A DNA stretch of 64,000 nucleotides. Source: a candidate division WOR-3 bacterium. Its GTDB lineage: Bacteria; Hydrothermota; 32-111. Position 1 is the stretch's first letter. Each line of letters begins with the position of its first letter. The notes beneath the pieces were generated by a model that saw only the letters and a list, made by a program, of their open reading frames with translations, searched no databases and was not told where the DNA came from. The stretch is from NCBI GenBank assembly GCA_037481815.1, contig JBBFKX010000002.1:256001-320000 (forward strand), in the 5' to 3' direction. Positions 30,408-41,600 of the stretch are shown in pieces. Made by a program: the position numbers and the translations under genes.

Positions 30408-33400
30408 CTTATCACACTCATTTTCTGAATTTTTGATTTCACTTTTTCTCCATCACTTTCTGCTTCTATATAATAAAAATATGTTCCGTTTCTATAATCA
30501 TCAATCTGGATATCAGCATAAACAAATCTGTCTTTTAAAAATGAAAGATTGTATGTTTTAAAAAGTTCACCATTTGATTTATATATTTTAAGTGTTGCCG
30601 ACTCTGGATTTTTCGAAAGTTCACAAACTATCCTCGTGTTTTTCCCAACAACAGGGTTCGGGAAATTTGCAACATTAATTATCTTGAACTGGTTTGAAAC
30701 CTGAAAATCAAACACTTTTTCTGTCGAATTTCCATAAATATCTTTACAGTATACTTTAAGAGTATGTGTTCCATTTTCAAGAAATTTTGAAACTTTTACC
30801 GGCATTGTTTTAGTTACTGTTTCCTTTGTAACCTTATAATCTGATTCAGAGGAAAGAGTATCATCATCTATCATAATTAAAAAACTTTTCGTATCGATTC
30901 CCTCATTATCTTCAACGGTGATTCCCAAATCTACATTGTTAACGAGTAATGTAGAATAATAAACCTCTTTGTTTTCAACAAAGATTTTTACAAGTGGTGG
31001 AATGGTATCATTCCATCTTCCGATTACAAATCTTTCAGTATTTCTTTCAAATGTGAAAAGAATCGTATCCTCTCTTCTCTCTCCTTCTAAAACAAATTTG
31101 TTTGAAAGAGAGTCATACATTAATACATTTGCGGGGAGCAGTTCTGAATGTGGATAAAGTAAAAGAACATTTTTATAATCTGGATTCAAAACATCTATTC
31201 TATAGACATCCATCTGTTGTTTATCGACACTCAATATTTCAAGGTTTTGATCAATTTCATTCAACGAGTCCCTCGAAACAATAATCAGATTTGTGTCATC
31301 ATTCGTCTGTCCATTGTTAAAAATGCAAAGAGAATGATAGGTTAACGATGAATCAAAAGGTTGTTTTCCATAAATATAGGAATAAATATAATCAAAATCT
31401 GATTCCATTACCTTGTTGTTTGTAAAATTCCTATCAGGGAAAATCAAAGTATCTTCAGCAGCAAACACATAAATTTTTTCCCTAAAATAATTTTTAGCAA
31501 TTTTGACTTTTGATTCTTTTGTTTCTCCACCTTTTAACGAAATGGTATCAATTCCTATTAAAAGAGTGTCATCGTTTTGATCTATATTATAAAAATGAAC
31601 AGGCATTGAATTGATATCTCTTTCTCCCCCATTGGAAATTTTTACCGTTATTGCTGGACTTTTATCTTTAAATGATAGATAAGGTTTTTGGAGTATCTTT
31701 GCATCAGGATAAGGAGGAATCAACAACTTTTTCGTGAAACTTGTAAAGTTGATATTTTCGGTTGAGTCAGAATAAGAGATATAATAATAAAAATAATCGT
31801 ATGAACTTTTCTTCGCCTTTATTGGTGATAACAGATTTGTGTAAAAAAGTAAACTATCAAGAGAATCCTGAATCATGTTCGCTGTATAATAATATGTGGA
31901 ATTTGGATATTTATAGTTCGCTATAAGATTCTTTAAATTTTTTCCACCTATTCTTGCAAATATTCTAAATTCTGTAAGCGTATCGGGATTTGAAGGAGAG
32001 ATATAAAAACTTTTTATACCATCTCCTCCAACTGTTGGATATGATAGATAAAGTACTGATGTGTCACCTGTAAAAGCAACGGTTGCCAGAACCATGGATG
32101 AAGCCGGAAGAGAATCAGGAAGATAGAGAGTATTTTCTCCATAGCCATTTACAAGATTCGAATGATCAAAAATCAACATTCTTCTTTCTGTATCGATAAT
32201 AACACTTTCAAGAAAACCATCCTTTAGATTTGAATCTGAATGTATGATAACAAGAGTATCTTTTGGTGCTATCTGATACGATGAGAGTGAGCATGTTTTT
32301 TCTGAGATATCAGGTATTTTTAGATCCAAAAGGTTCACTCCCAATAAACCATAATTTTTGATCTCATAAACATTGGGATCATCTAAATTTGAACTCCCAA
32401 AAGCACTGCTGTTGATGAAAAAGTTAAGTTCACCATAAAGTATTATATCCCCTATATTTTTTATTCCATTGAAAGCGATCTGCCTGAAATTTGATTCTCC
32501 TAAACTATTATTAAGATTATCGGTACTTGCGGTTGCAGATCCATAATATGCTATCGAACCACCAAACGGAGAAAGAACAAACGCTTCGCCTATCGATTGC
32601 TGATCCCTAAATAGTTCATCATAATAACCTGTATCACATGAATAAACTTTCACAAACGGTAATCTGTTGATGTTGTTCATTCTCAAAACATCGGTTAACC
32701 TTATATAAACTCCACTACCTATAGATTGGGCAGCACCGTGAGCATATATGTTCAAAATAGATGCCCCATAGTTCAACTGGTCTATAAAATCACCGTTGTT
32801 GTCATAAAGATTGGCCACAAAATCGACTCCAATATAATCTGGCATCATCGATGCAAGTTTTAGCGACTGGTATTTTGCATCAACATAGGATGGAAGTCCA
32901 GTGCCTGGAGGTGTTGTATCGTATGCGAATATAAATTTTAGATTGAATATTCCGGAATTTTTCCAATCAAGATAATGTTTCACTTTTTGTATTGCAACAT
33001 CAATTTCACTCTCATTTCTCACGGGAAACCTTGAAATCGATATATCCTCAACAGGATCATCTCCAACTATTGTTGCATAATAATTATCGGATGCTATGAG
33101 AGCCCTTGAATACGCTGAATTTTCATAATAGTATGGTGCAGGTATACTGTAATCAAAAATTTTTAAATGGTTATTGTTGTCATAAGATCCATCACCCAAA
33201 AGGAGAACATGTGTCGGTGGAACACTCCAGTTGTTATATGCTGAGATCAAAAAATCTTTGATAGGTTTAACACCTCTCATTCCATAGTTGAACTCATCAT
33301 AAATTTCTTCAGTCCCAACAAGAAAAACTTTATTTTTAGATGAAAAGAGATCAGCGAGTTCTTTCGCTTTTTCTTTCAGATTCTGATCAACTATGATTAC

Positions 33401-34909
33401 ATAATTTCCTACATTTGTCGGAGAATCAAGTTGATTGAACTTGAAGGTCTCTATGGTATCGGGCTTAAGAAAGGAGGTGTTTTGATACACAGAATAGTTA
33501 ACAGAGGAAGTAAAAATCTGATCAGTAAAATACAGGTCGTAATTTCCAAGAACTGGATCATAAACTGTTATGAAATTTGTTATATTCTTCAAATCTTTTC
33601 TATAGATTTTAATATCTGTTGATGTGAGACCTTTAATGTGAAATTTGTATGAACCAAAATTCAGATTCGAGATTTTAAAATCAAGTTTTCCATTTTTTAC
33701 AACAAGATTTTTCATATATGAATATTCAAAATAGTTTAACCCTACACCTAATGTGTCTCCACCTATAAGTTCAAATTTAATTTTAGAAGAATCTCCTGTA
33801 GCACTCAAAGAATCTTTTGAATATTTATATGGAGAAAGATCATCCCATTTTATTGTATCGATCAGAGAATCATTAATATAGAAACCTAAAACATGATCTG
33901 GATTCAAAAGAAGATTATAGGAAAATCCATGAAAATATGCAGAAAAATTGAAATTCTGATAAAGAGTATCAAAATCGTCTAAACTTATATATTTTTCATA
34001 AGGAACTGTTTCGTTTATTGAGTACATGAACCAGAGATCAGATGTATCTATTGTAGTTCTTCCACCAAGTGGTTGATAAAATGAATCATTTTCAATATGT
34101 ACTTCACAAAGATATGAACCAATAGTAGAATCTATCAAAGAATCATCGATAACCTGATTATCTATAACATACCTTATACCATTTCCTCCACCAGCAACTA
34201 TTACATAAACATTTTGAAGTTGGTATTTATCAAAATAAGTGTTTTCTCCTTTTTTTCTTTCACCATAAAATTCAAAATAATCTCCTGCTCCAAAAACATT
34301 ATCACCTGTACCATACATATTTATTGGAACTTGCACATTTTTGTTGTAAACCTTTATTGTTTTGGGATCATAAATTGAAAGATCTATTCCGGTTCTACTC
34401 TTAATATCATCATAGTATATTCTGTATAATCCGCTCTCCCCGATTTTCATCTTTGCAAGAGGTGTTCCATCATAATCTAAAGATTTAACCTGTTTTGTTA
34501 TCCTCGGTTTTATATAATTTTTTAAATCTTTACCATTAACAGCTATCGTTCTTAAAAATTTTTCAGTTTTCTCATCCGGATGGATAACCTTTCCAATATT
34601 TTTTGTTTTTTTAAAATTAATTGTAACCGTGTATTTTTCTTTATACGGTTTTAAGGGAAGTATTTGAAAATCTTTAAAAAAGAAAGGTTTTCCCAAAACA
34701 ATATCTTTTAAACTTGAGGGATATAAATTTACAGAAAAATCAACAGGTGGAAGTATCAGAACTTTTGTAGAATCATTTTCTTTGGGGAGATAATTAACAG
34801 TTATACTTTCTTCTGAAGAATTATAACTGAATGAAGGAAATGAAAGAGAAAAATTCAAGATGATAGATAAAAAAATGACTATTTTAAATTGTAAAATTTT
34901 TCTTTCCAT
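30404..34909 (-). CDS. PorU-like C25 (gingipain family) cysteine protease with a T9SS-type CTD
   Basis: Signal peptide, ESGLYRI, YFEFYG, IYDEFNYG, VLLLGDGSYD, ASDNYY, ISRFP, catalytic AHG and SCDTG, and a CTD ANFPNP...NGTYFY. Confidence 0.85.
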   Translation of the reverse strand: MERKILQFKIVIFLSIILNFSLSFPSFSYNSSEESITVNYLPKENDSTKVLILPPVDFSVNLYPSSLKDIVLGKPFFFKDFQILPLKPYKEKYTVTINFKKTKNIGKVIHPDEKTEKFLRTIAVNGKDLKNYIKPRITKQVKSLDYDGTPLAKMKIGESGLYRIYYDDIKSRTGIDLSIYDPKTIKVYNKNVQVPINMYGTGDNVFGAGDYFEFYGERKKGENTYFDKYQLQNVYVIVAGGGNGIRYVIDNQVIDDSLIDSTIGSYLCEVHIENDSFYQPLGGRTTIDTSDLWFMYSINETVPYEKYISLDDFDTLYQNFNFSAYFHGFSYNLLLNPDHVLGFYINDSLIDTIKWDDLSPYKYSKDSLSATGDSSKIKFELIGGDTLGVGLNYFEYSYMKNLVVKNGKLDFKISNLNFGSYKFHIKGLTSTDIKIYRKDLKNITNFITVYDPVLGNYDLYFTDQIFTSSVNYSVYQNTSFLKPDTIETFKFNQLDSPTNVGNYVIIVDQNLKEKAKELADLFSSKNKVFLVGTEEIYDEFNYGMRGVKPIKDFLISAYNNWSVPPTHVLLLGDGSYDNNNHLKIFDYSIPAPYYYENSAYSRALIASDNYYATIVGDDPVEDISISRFPVRNESEIDVAIQKVKHYLDWKNSGIFNLKFIFAYDTTPPGTGLPSYVDAKYQSLKLASMMPDYIGVDFVANLYDNNGDFIDQLNYGASILNIYAHGAAQSIGSGVYIRLTDVLRMNNINRLPFVKVYSCDTGYYDELFRDQQSIGEAFVLSPFGGSIAYYGSATASTDNLNNSLGESNFRQIAFNGIKNIGDIILYGELNFFINSSAFGSSNLDDPNVYEIKNYGLLGVNLLDLKIPDISEKTCSLSSYQIAPKDTLVIIHSDSNLKDGFLESVIIDTERRMLIFDHSNLVNGYGENTLYLPDSLPASSMVLATVAFTGDTSVLYLSYPTVGGDGIKSFYISPSNPDTLTEFRIFARIGGKNLKNLIANYKYPNSTYYYTANMIQDSLDSLLFYTNLLSPIKAKKSSYDYFYYYISYSDSTENINFTSFTKKLLIPPYPDAKILQKPYLSFKDKSPAITVKISNGGERDINSMPVHFYNIDQNDDTLLIGIDTISLKGGETKESKVKIAKNYFREKIYVFAAEDTLIFPDRNFTNNKVMESDFDYIYSYIYGKQPFDSSLTYHSLCIFNNGQTNDDTNLIIVSRDSLNEIDQNLEILSVDKQQMDVYRIDVLNPDYKNVLLLYPHSELLPANVLMYDSLSNKFVLEGERREDTILFTFERNTERFVIGRWNDTIPPLVKIFVENKEVYYSTLLVNNVDLGITVEDNEGIDTKSFLIMIDDDTLSSESDYKVTKETVTKTMPVKVSKFLENGTHTLKVYCKDIYGNSTEKVFDFQVSNQFKIINVANFPNPVVGKNTRIVCELSKNPESATLKIYKSNGELFKTYNLSFLKDRFVYADIQIDDYRNGTYFYYIEAESDGEKVKSKIQKMSVIR

Positions 34910-36294
34910 CTTTTTTCACCTTTTTCAACGATCAGAAAATAAATCCCTGTTTTAAACTTTGAATGATCTAAAGTAAATTTATCTGAGACAGATGAATAAC
35001 TACTCACTATTTTACCAGAAACATCATAAATAGAGATTCGGTAATTTCCCTGATTTATAAAATCAAAAATCATTTTTGTTTTTTCTTTGCTCAACTTGTA
35101 TGGTTTTTTATAATCTTCAGTTATAGTGTACTTTTTAGAATCTGTGTAATATATCCAGTAAATATTGTTTGGCCAGAAAGATGATTCTGGAGTTTTATCA
35201 TTAAGTATATAAACAAGATGTATATTTTCATTTTTATCTAAAATACATTGAGGTGTAACAATATATGAAGTATCATGATGTGCGATAAGTTTTATACTGT
35301 CAACAACTTCGTTTGATATGTCATAAACCAGCTCATACAACTCCCCATAATAGTAGTTATCTGAAACATAAAACAAGTGAATTTTGTTGTCCAAAATAAG
35401 ACCGGTCGGATAATAAATATTTGAATTATCATCTGACAAAAGTTTTGGAGTTGTCCAGATACCATTTGAATATTTTGAAATATAAAGTTGACTAAGTCCA
35501 TTTAACAAAATTGTAAACACTGCAAATTCATTTTGTCCATCAGAAATAATATTGGGATAGTATATATCAGAAGTTAAACTGATAATTGAAATTTCATTCT
35601 GCCAGATATTGTTTGTTCTTCTTTTGTTAAAAAGATTTTGATATCCATTGTTATCTTTGGTATATATAACTGAAACATCTTCATTTGGATAAACATAAAA
35701 ATCATAATTAAGACAACTTTCACGTGAATTTGTTATATTTGTTGGATTATGTATAATAGAATCAAAATAACCATAATATATGTCGAAAACACCTGTTGAA
35801 TCATCACAATATATAAAATGGTGCTTTTTGTTTCTGTAAAAGGATTTAGGATACCATGAGTTTGAACTTGTATTTGTTACCTGAAAAATGGACGAGAGTA
35901 AAACACCATCAAAATATCTGCCAAATATATTAAAATTACCATCCTGTCTGCTTTCCCAGAGAAACAAAAATCTTCCATCCTCATCAACAGAAAGTGTTGG
36001 CATCCATGACAGAAGATAGTATCCTGTTCCACTTTCAGGCTTATCATAAACTATGCCATCATATAGCCATTCATTTCCATCATATTTATACTTTCTGATA
36101 CAAAAATAAACATCTTTTGATGTATCATACCACCCAAGGTGAAGATTTCCCAGTGTATCTTTTACAAAAAGATGAGAAGCGTTCGGTTGAAAATAAGCAA
36201 GACCATACTCCCAAATTTTAAAAGGGGTACTCCATTGAGAAAAAATAAAAGTGAATGTTAAAAATGGAAATAGAAAAAGAAAATATTTTTTCAT
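34879..36294 (-). CDS. Secreted beta-repeat (propeller-like) protein with a T9SS type A CTD
   Basis: Signal peptide, repeated SxYP...H(L/F)xY/W blades, and CTD ISIYDVSGKIV...GIYFL. Confidence 0.75.
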   Translation of the reverse strand: MKKYFLFLFPFLTFTFIFSQWSTPFKIWEYGLAYFQPNASHLFVKDTLGNLHLGWYDTSKDVYFCIRKYKYDGNEWLYDGIVYDKPESGTGYYLLSWMPTLSVDEDGRFLFLWESRQDGNFNIFGRYFDGVLLSSIFQVTNTSSNSWYPKSFYRNKKHHFIYCDDSTGVFDIYYGYFDSIIHNPTNITNSRESCLNYDFYVYPNEDVSVIYTKDNNGYQNLFNKRRTNNIWQNEISIISLTSDIYYPNIISDGQNEFAVFTILLNGLSQLYISKYSNGIWTTPKLLSDDNSNIYYPTGLILDNKIHLFYVSDNYYYGELYELVYDISNEVVDSIKLIAHHDTSYIVTPQCILDKNENIHLVYILNDKTPESSFWPNNIYWIYYTDSKKYTITEDYKKPYKLSKEKTKMIFDFINQGNYRISIYDVSGKIVSSYSSVSDKFTLDHSKFKTGIYFLIVEKGEKRWKEKFYNLK

Positions 36295-36300
36295 AAGTAT

Positions 36301-36329
36301 ATTTTAATTGTTAACCAATTTATTGTCAA
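36301..36329 (-). promoter_or_regulatory. Sigma70-type promoter for the CTD-C25-PorV-glycan operon, probably leaderless
   Basis: Minus strand reads TTGACA-17 nt-TAAAAT-6 nt-ATG(36294). Confidence 0.7.
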
Positions 36330-36341
36330 TAGTTTTGGATT

Positions 36342-37439
36342 TTACAACTTTTGTATAAAATCTTTAATAAAAAGTTCTGAAAGTTTGTTTGTTTTATCCC
36401 AATCAAAATTTTTTGCCCACTTCTTAGCATCATTTTCCATCTGCTTAAGTTTTTCCCGATTTTTTAAAAGATACAAAATTTTTTCTGCAAGTTGATCTAT
36501 GTTTCCATATTCATAAAGTAAACCTGAAAATCCGTCTTTAACAGAATCTTTAAGACCCAAAACGTTTGATGAAATAACAGGAGTTCCGAGTGCATTTGCT
36601 TCAATATTAACTATCCCCCATCCCTCAATAAAGGATGGGTATACAGATATCCAACTTTCCTGTAAAATTTTTATCTTTTCATGTTCCGAAACATAACCTG
36701 TAAAAACGACATCTTCTATATTCAACCTTTTAACCAATTTTTTTAACTCATTTTCATAATCTCCCATCCCAACAATGTATAAAACACATTCTTTACATTG
36801 GTCTTTAACCTTTTTAAAAGCCATTATAAGATGGTGAACAGATTTATATTTTTTTAACCTTCCAACATAACATATCTGAGGGTTTTCCTTTTTTTGATAG
36901 TTATAACTAAAAAATCTTTTATCTATCCCACATTCTATAACTTTTATCCTTTTCTCATCTATGCCTCTTTTTAAAAGATCTTGTTTCGTTGAGTTTGAAA
37001 TAACCTCAAAATAGGAGTTTTTATAGATCATTTTCAATGGTTTTTCAAAAAGATACACGTATGTTCCAAAAACAAAATTCGTCTGTTTAAAAATCGTTTT
37101 TCCAAAAATATGAGGTACAACCACAAAAACCGGAATCCTTACGAACAAAGGAGTAAAAAATGGGACCTTATTTATATCCTCTATAATAAGATCTATTTTT
37201 TTTTGCTTAACTAAATCTTTGATTTTAAAAGCAACAAAATAGTTGAACAGTAATTCATTTCCAGTATGTATATAAGAAACATTGTTGATAACCTCATCTT
37301 TTGCACCTTTATAGCCAGACGTTAAAAAGAATACATTATGTTTTTTAGCAAGATGCTCTGCAATTTTGGTAATATGAATTTCAGCACCCCCGTATAAGGG
37401 GTTTTTTAAATCTCTCCAATTGATTATCAAAATATTCAT
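36342..37439 (-). CDS. Glycosyltransferase family 4
   Basis: NWRDLKNP..GGAE, YVGRLKKYK, EGWGIVNIEANALGTP. Confidence 0.92.
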   Translation of the reverse strand: MNILIINWRDLKNPLYGGAEIHITKIAEHLAKKHNVFFLTSGYKGAKDEVINNVSYIHTGNELLFNYFVAFKIKDLVKQKKIDLIIEDINKVPFFTPLFVRIPVFVVVPHIFGKTIFKQTNFVFGTYVYLFEKPLKMIYKNSYFEVISNSTKQDLLKRGIDEKRIKVIECGIDKRFFSYNYQKKENPQICYVGRLKKYKSVHHLIMAFKKVKDQCKECVLYIVGMGDYENELKKLVKRLNIEDVVFTGYVSEHEKIKILQESWISVYPSFIEGWGIVNIEANALGTPVISSNVLGLKDSVKDGFSGLLYEYGNIDQLAEKILYLLKNREKLKQMENDAKKWAKNFDWDKTNKLSELFIKDFIQKL

Positions 37440-38494
37440 TCTATTTTTTCAACTCCCAAAAGGTTGTAATCTTTATCATATACAAAATTTTTCGTCATAA
37501 TTTTAAACAAAGGATACCCGTTATACTTCATAGAAGGTGGCATTTTTTCTTTTAAGAGAGGATCTGATGAAAAATATTCGATTCTGTCATATGTAAAGTT
37601 ACTATTTCTTTTGATTATTCTTACAGCAAAATTTGAATCCGTTTCAAGAGGTTTTAAAAGTGTATCAAGATAAATTTTTTTAAATTCATATCCAATATCA
37701 TCATAGAAAATTAATTCGTAAAATTTTTGTAGACAACCTTTAGAATCTTTTTTTATTTTTAAACTCTTAACACCTTGAAAATTCCCATCTTCAATCTTTT
37801 CAGTATTCAAGACAATGTACTCTTCTCTGTTAAAAAATTTCAAGGAATCAACAATATTTTCGTTATTTTCATTTCTAACAATCTCTTCAAAACCAAGAGC
37901 ATCAGATGATAAAAATAGTTTTCCATCTTCACCAACACTATAAAATTTGACTTCCCACCTACTTGAATTTTTATCTTTAATAATAGTAGAGAGTTTTATA
38001 ACAACAGAATCAATCGATGGAACTTTTTCACCTTTATCATCTTCAAAATAAGAAAAAACCTTTTCACAACATTGTTTTTTTCTTTCAAAAGTTATAAAGA
38101 TCATTTTTTCAACATAATTAAATGCTTTAACACTTTCATTTTTTCTATCAAAAAATTTATAAATCATCTTTTCAGCAAAAAAACTATCATCTTCAATCTT
38201 CAAAAATGTATCAACATAAGAAATCTCCATTCTTGAAAAGTTAGATTTCCACCCAAAAACATCCTTTTCAACAGGTTTACCTTTATAACATATTTCTATT
38301 GAAATTGGCCTTTTTTTATTATCGTAATATATTCTATAACCCTCTATCTTTTCAAACTCTGATTTTGTAATCTTTTCTCTACCATAAATTCTCCCTATAA
38401 GATCAAAGTCCAAAAATCTGTAAAATTTTTCAGATGATAACAAGATTTGATAAAATACACAAAAAATTAAAAATAGAGCAAAAAATTTTTTCAT
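37436..38494 (-). CDS. Hypothetical exported protein
   Basis: Signal peptide MKKFFALFLIFCVF, SD AAGGGG, and a beta-rich body with weak repeats. Confidence 0.65.
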   Translation of the reverse strand: MKKFFALFLIFCVFYQILLSSEKFYRFLDFDLIGRIYGREKITKSEFEKIEGYRIYYDNKKRPISIEICYKGKPVEKDVFGWKSNFSRMEISYVDTFLKIEDDSFFAEKMIYKFFDRKNESVKAFNYVEKMIFITFERKKQCCEKVFSYFEDDKGEKVPSIDSVVIKLSTIIKDKNSSRWEVKFYSVGEDGKLFLSSDALGFEEIVRNENNENIVDSLKFFNREEYIVLNTEKIEDGNFQGVKSLKIKKDSKGCLQKFYELIFYDDIGYEFKKIYLDTLLKPLETDSNFAVRIIKRNSNFTYDRIEYFSSDPLLKEKMPPSMKYNGYPLFKIMTKNFVYDKDYNLLGVEKIE

Positions 38495-38516
38495 ATATCC
38501 CCTTTCATTTTGAAAT

Positions 38517-38594
38517 ATTCTATTAACTTTTTTAAAAAAAACAAGAAAAAATTATATTTTTAATAATTGACATTTTTTTTGGTATATATAAAAT
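38517..38594. promoter_or_regulatory. Divergent sigma70-type promoters
   Basis: Plus strand: TTGACA(38567-38572)-16-TAAAAT(38589-38594), with SD AAGGAGG before 38626. Minus strand: TTGTTT-16-TAGAAT (38544 to 38517). Confidence 0.6.
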
Positions 38595-38625
38595 AGATAA
38601 ATATGGGAATTTGGAAGGAGGATAA

Positions 38626-41600
38626 ATGTTAGATCTTTTCTCTTCAGGTGATCCCACAAAAATAATTGAAAGAAGCAGTAAACTGAGAATAGAAGGTAAA
38701 CATGATAAAGCGGAACAACTTTTAAAAAAGAGCATTAAAAATTCAAAATCAGATTTTATAATCCTGCTTGAACTTGCAAAAACACAATTTGAAATGGGGA
38801 AAATATCCGAATCTGTAAATACGTTGAGAAGTTCTTATTATCTTTCACCTGAAGAGATAAACAAAATTATAAATGTTGGAGAGGATCTCCATTACAGGGC
38901 AACATCACAAAAAGATCAAACAGCAGCTGTTCTTATAGAAATGTATATAAAAAAAAGGGATTTCGAATCTTTCAGAAAAATTTTTGACACACTTTCTGGT
39001 GATGAGATAAAAAATCTGATCAGCTATTTTGAAAAATTATATCTTAATGTAAAAAATACAAAAACTGTTGATCAGTTCAACAAAAAGGATATAGAGATAT
39101 GTTTATCAATGGGTATTTTATATCTTTATAACAAAAATTTCAAAGAAGCAAAACCTATACTTGAAATGATTTTCAGAACACAGGTTAAGGACAGGGATCA
39201 TATTCTCTCAGAGTATATAAGTGTCGCAAAAACAACCTATGGAAGCCCTGAACCTTATATTGCGATCGGAGATCTGTATATTTTGATAAACGATAAAGAT
39301 AAAGCGATAAACTACTTTCAGAAAGCTTCTTCGATTGATCCCAAATTAAAAACAGATATTTCAAACAAAATAGAGGAACATATCACTGATACAAAAGAGA
39401 TCTCAGAAACAAGTAAATATTCAATAGTTGATCTTGCGATAGAAAAAAAGGATTATAAAAAAGCACTCGATATAATCCATGAAATGATAAAAGATAAAAA
39501 TGAAGTAACAGAAGAGATAGTCAGGAGAACATACCAGATAATACAGGGTGCTCCAGAATTTGTCGAAGGTTATAAACTCTTGGTTGAAATTTTCCTTCTA
39601 AAAAAAGAAATATCAAAAATATTCACTAATCTTGAAAAAATTTATGAGTTAAAAAAAGAAGAAAAAGATTTTATTCTCAATACGATAGATCGAATAGAGA
39701 AAGAAAACATGTCAAACGAAGAAATACTTTTACTTAAAGCAATCATATTTTTCGATAACAACGAATTTAACGAATCAGCAAAAATAATCAAAAAGGTGTA
39801 TTTTGAAAACAATTCCTATACTTTCGATGTGGAAAAACTCGCGAATAAAATTCTTGATAAAGATCAAAAAAATATCGATGCATTGGAAACAATCTGCCAA
39901 ATTTTTCTTGATAAGAATGAGGTTGACAAACTCAAAAAGATATGTGAGTACCTTATTTCACTAAACAATGAAGAATACATATCTATCGCAAAAAAATATC
40001 TACAAATAATTTACGAAAAAAATCCATCAGATGTTGATATAAAATTAAACCTGAGTATCGCTCTTATAAAATTGGGGAAAATCAAAGAATCAGAAGTGAT
40101 GATAACTGAAACTTTAAAATCGAACCCAGAAACTTTTTATGTAATCATACCACAGTTCTACAATTCAGCAAAAAATGATAAAGATGTCGCAACAATAGTT
40201 TTGAAGATCCTAAAAAGCATCGATAGAAAAAAACTCGATCCATTTTTATACGATTTTTCTCTCTGTGAAATGTCATATCTCGCTTCGGATCTTGAATTCT
40301 CTCTTGGAATGTTAAAAGAAATGTTTGAAAAATTTCCCGAAAAAGAAGATGATCTTCTTGAACTTCTTGGAAGGATTAAAGATTTTTATCCAGAAAACGA
40401 ACTCGTTGCTGATTTTGAATTCAAACTCTTCACAGACAAAAAAGATTACAGGAAAGCTTATGAATCTCTTATAAAACTTAGAAAAGACAAAACAAAATTA
40501 GGACATATTCTTGACAATCTTTACATTCTGAACAAAAATCATCCCGAAAACGTTTCCATAGTTGAAAGTATAATGGAAATTCTTGATGAAATGGGATTTT
40601 ACGAAAAGATCATAAAAGAAGCCGATATCCTTTCTTCAATACTTGATCAACAAAAGATTGGCAAAATAAAATTTTTCCTCGGAAAAGCGTATGCAAACAA
40701 AGGAATGGTAAACGATGCAGCAACAGTTCTTTATCAGGCAATTATCCTCGACAAAACCTTAACAGAAAATACACTCACAATATTAAAAGATCTCTTGAAG
40801 TATGATCCATTTTCACTCAGAGTTCACTACACACTCTCTCTGGCATACTATCTGAATAAAAATATTGATTCAGCAATAGATGAACTACTTGAAATAGTTA
40901 AGATCGATCCCAATCAGATAAACATCGCAATTTCGGAATTGGAGAAGTGGAATGAGAACATTATAAATAATCCGAAATTAAATTTTTCATTGGGAACTCT
41001 ATATTTTGAAACAGCACAATACGAAAAAGGTATTTCAAAAATGTATGAAACTTTTGAAATCGACAGTTCATACCTGGATTCGATTATAAACTTAATGTCA
41101 AATTATATTGAAAAGGAATCTGAAAATGGAGAAATTCTTTATGCGACCGGAGTTTTTTATGCCAAAAAGGGTCTTTATAAACTCGCTTCCGATTATCTGT
41201 ACAATGCAATGTCGATAGAGACAGGTTTAAAGGAAAAGGTGATATCACAACTACTCTTTATAATAAATCAGCAACCCGATGAAGTAGATCCCAGATTTTC
41301 TCTTGCTCAGGTCTATAAAGATATGCATAACTATATGCAGGCGATTACCCTTTTAAGACAGATAGAACTTATAAATCCATCTGAAACAGAAAATGTAATA
41401 AGCTATTATAAAGAAATGCTTGTTAATGAACCTAACAATACTTTTCTTTTAATATCACTCGCCGATTCTTATCTAAAGTTGAACAGGACAACAGAGGCTG
41501 TCGAACTTTATTCAAAGATAATAAAAATAAATAAAAAATATATTGATGAAATTATTGATAGAATAATAGAAATTGAAAATAAAAATTTTGAAATACAATT

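Noticed and set aside
36230..36294. Gln after the predicted signal cleavage (FS-QW) as evidence of the Bacteroidota pyroglutamate Q-rule
   Set aside because: It is a single instance; the other exported proteins here do not show it.
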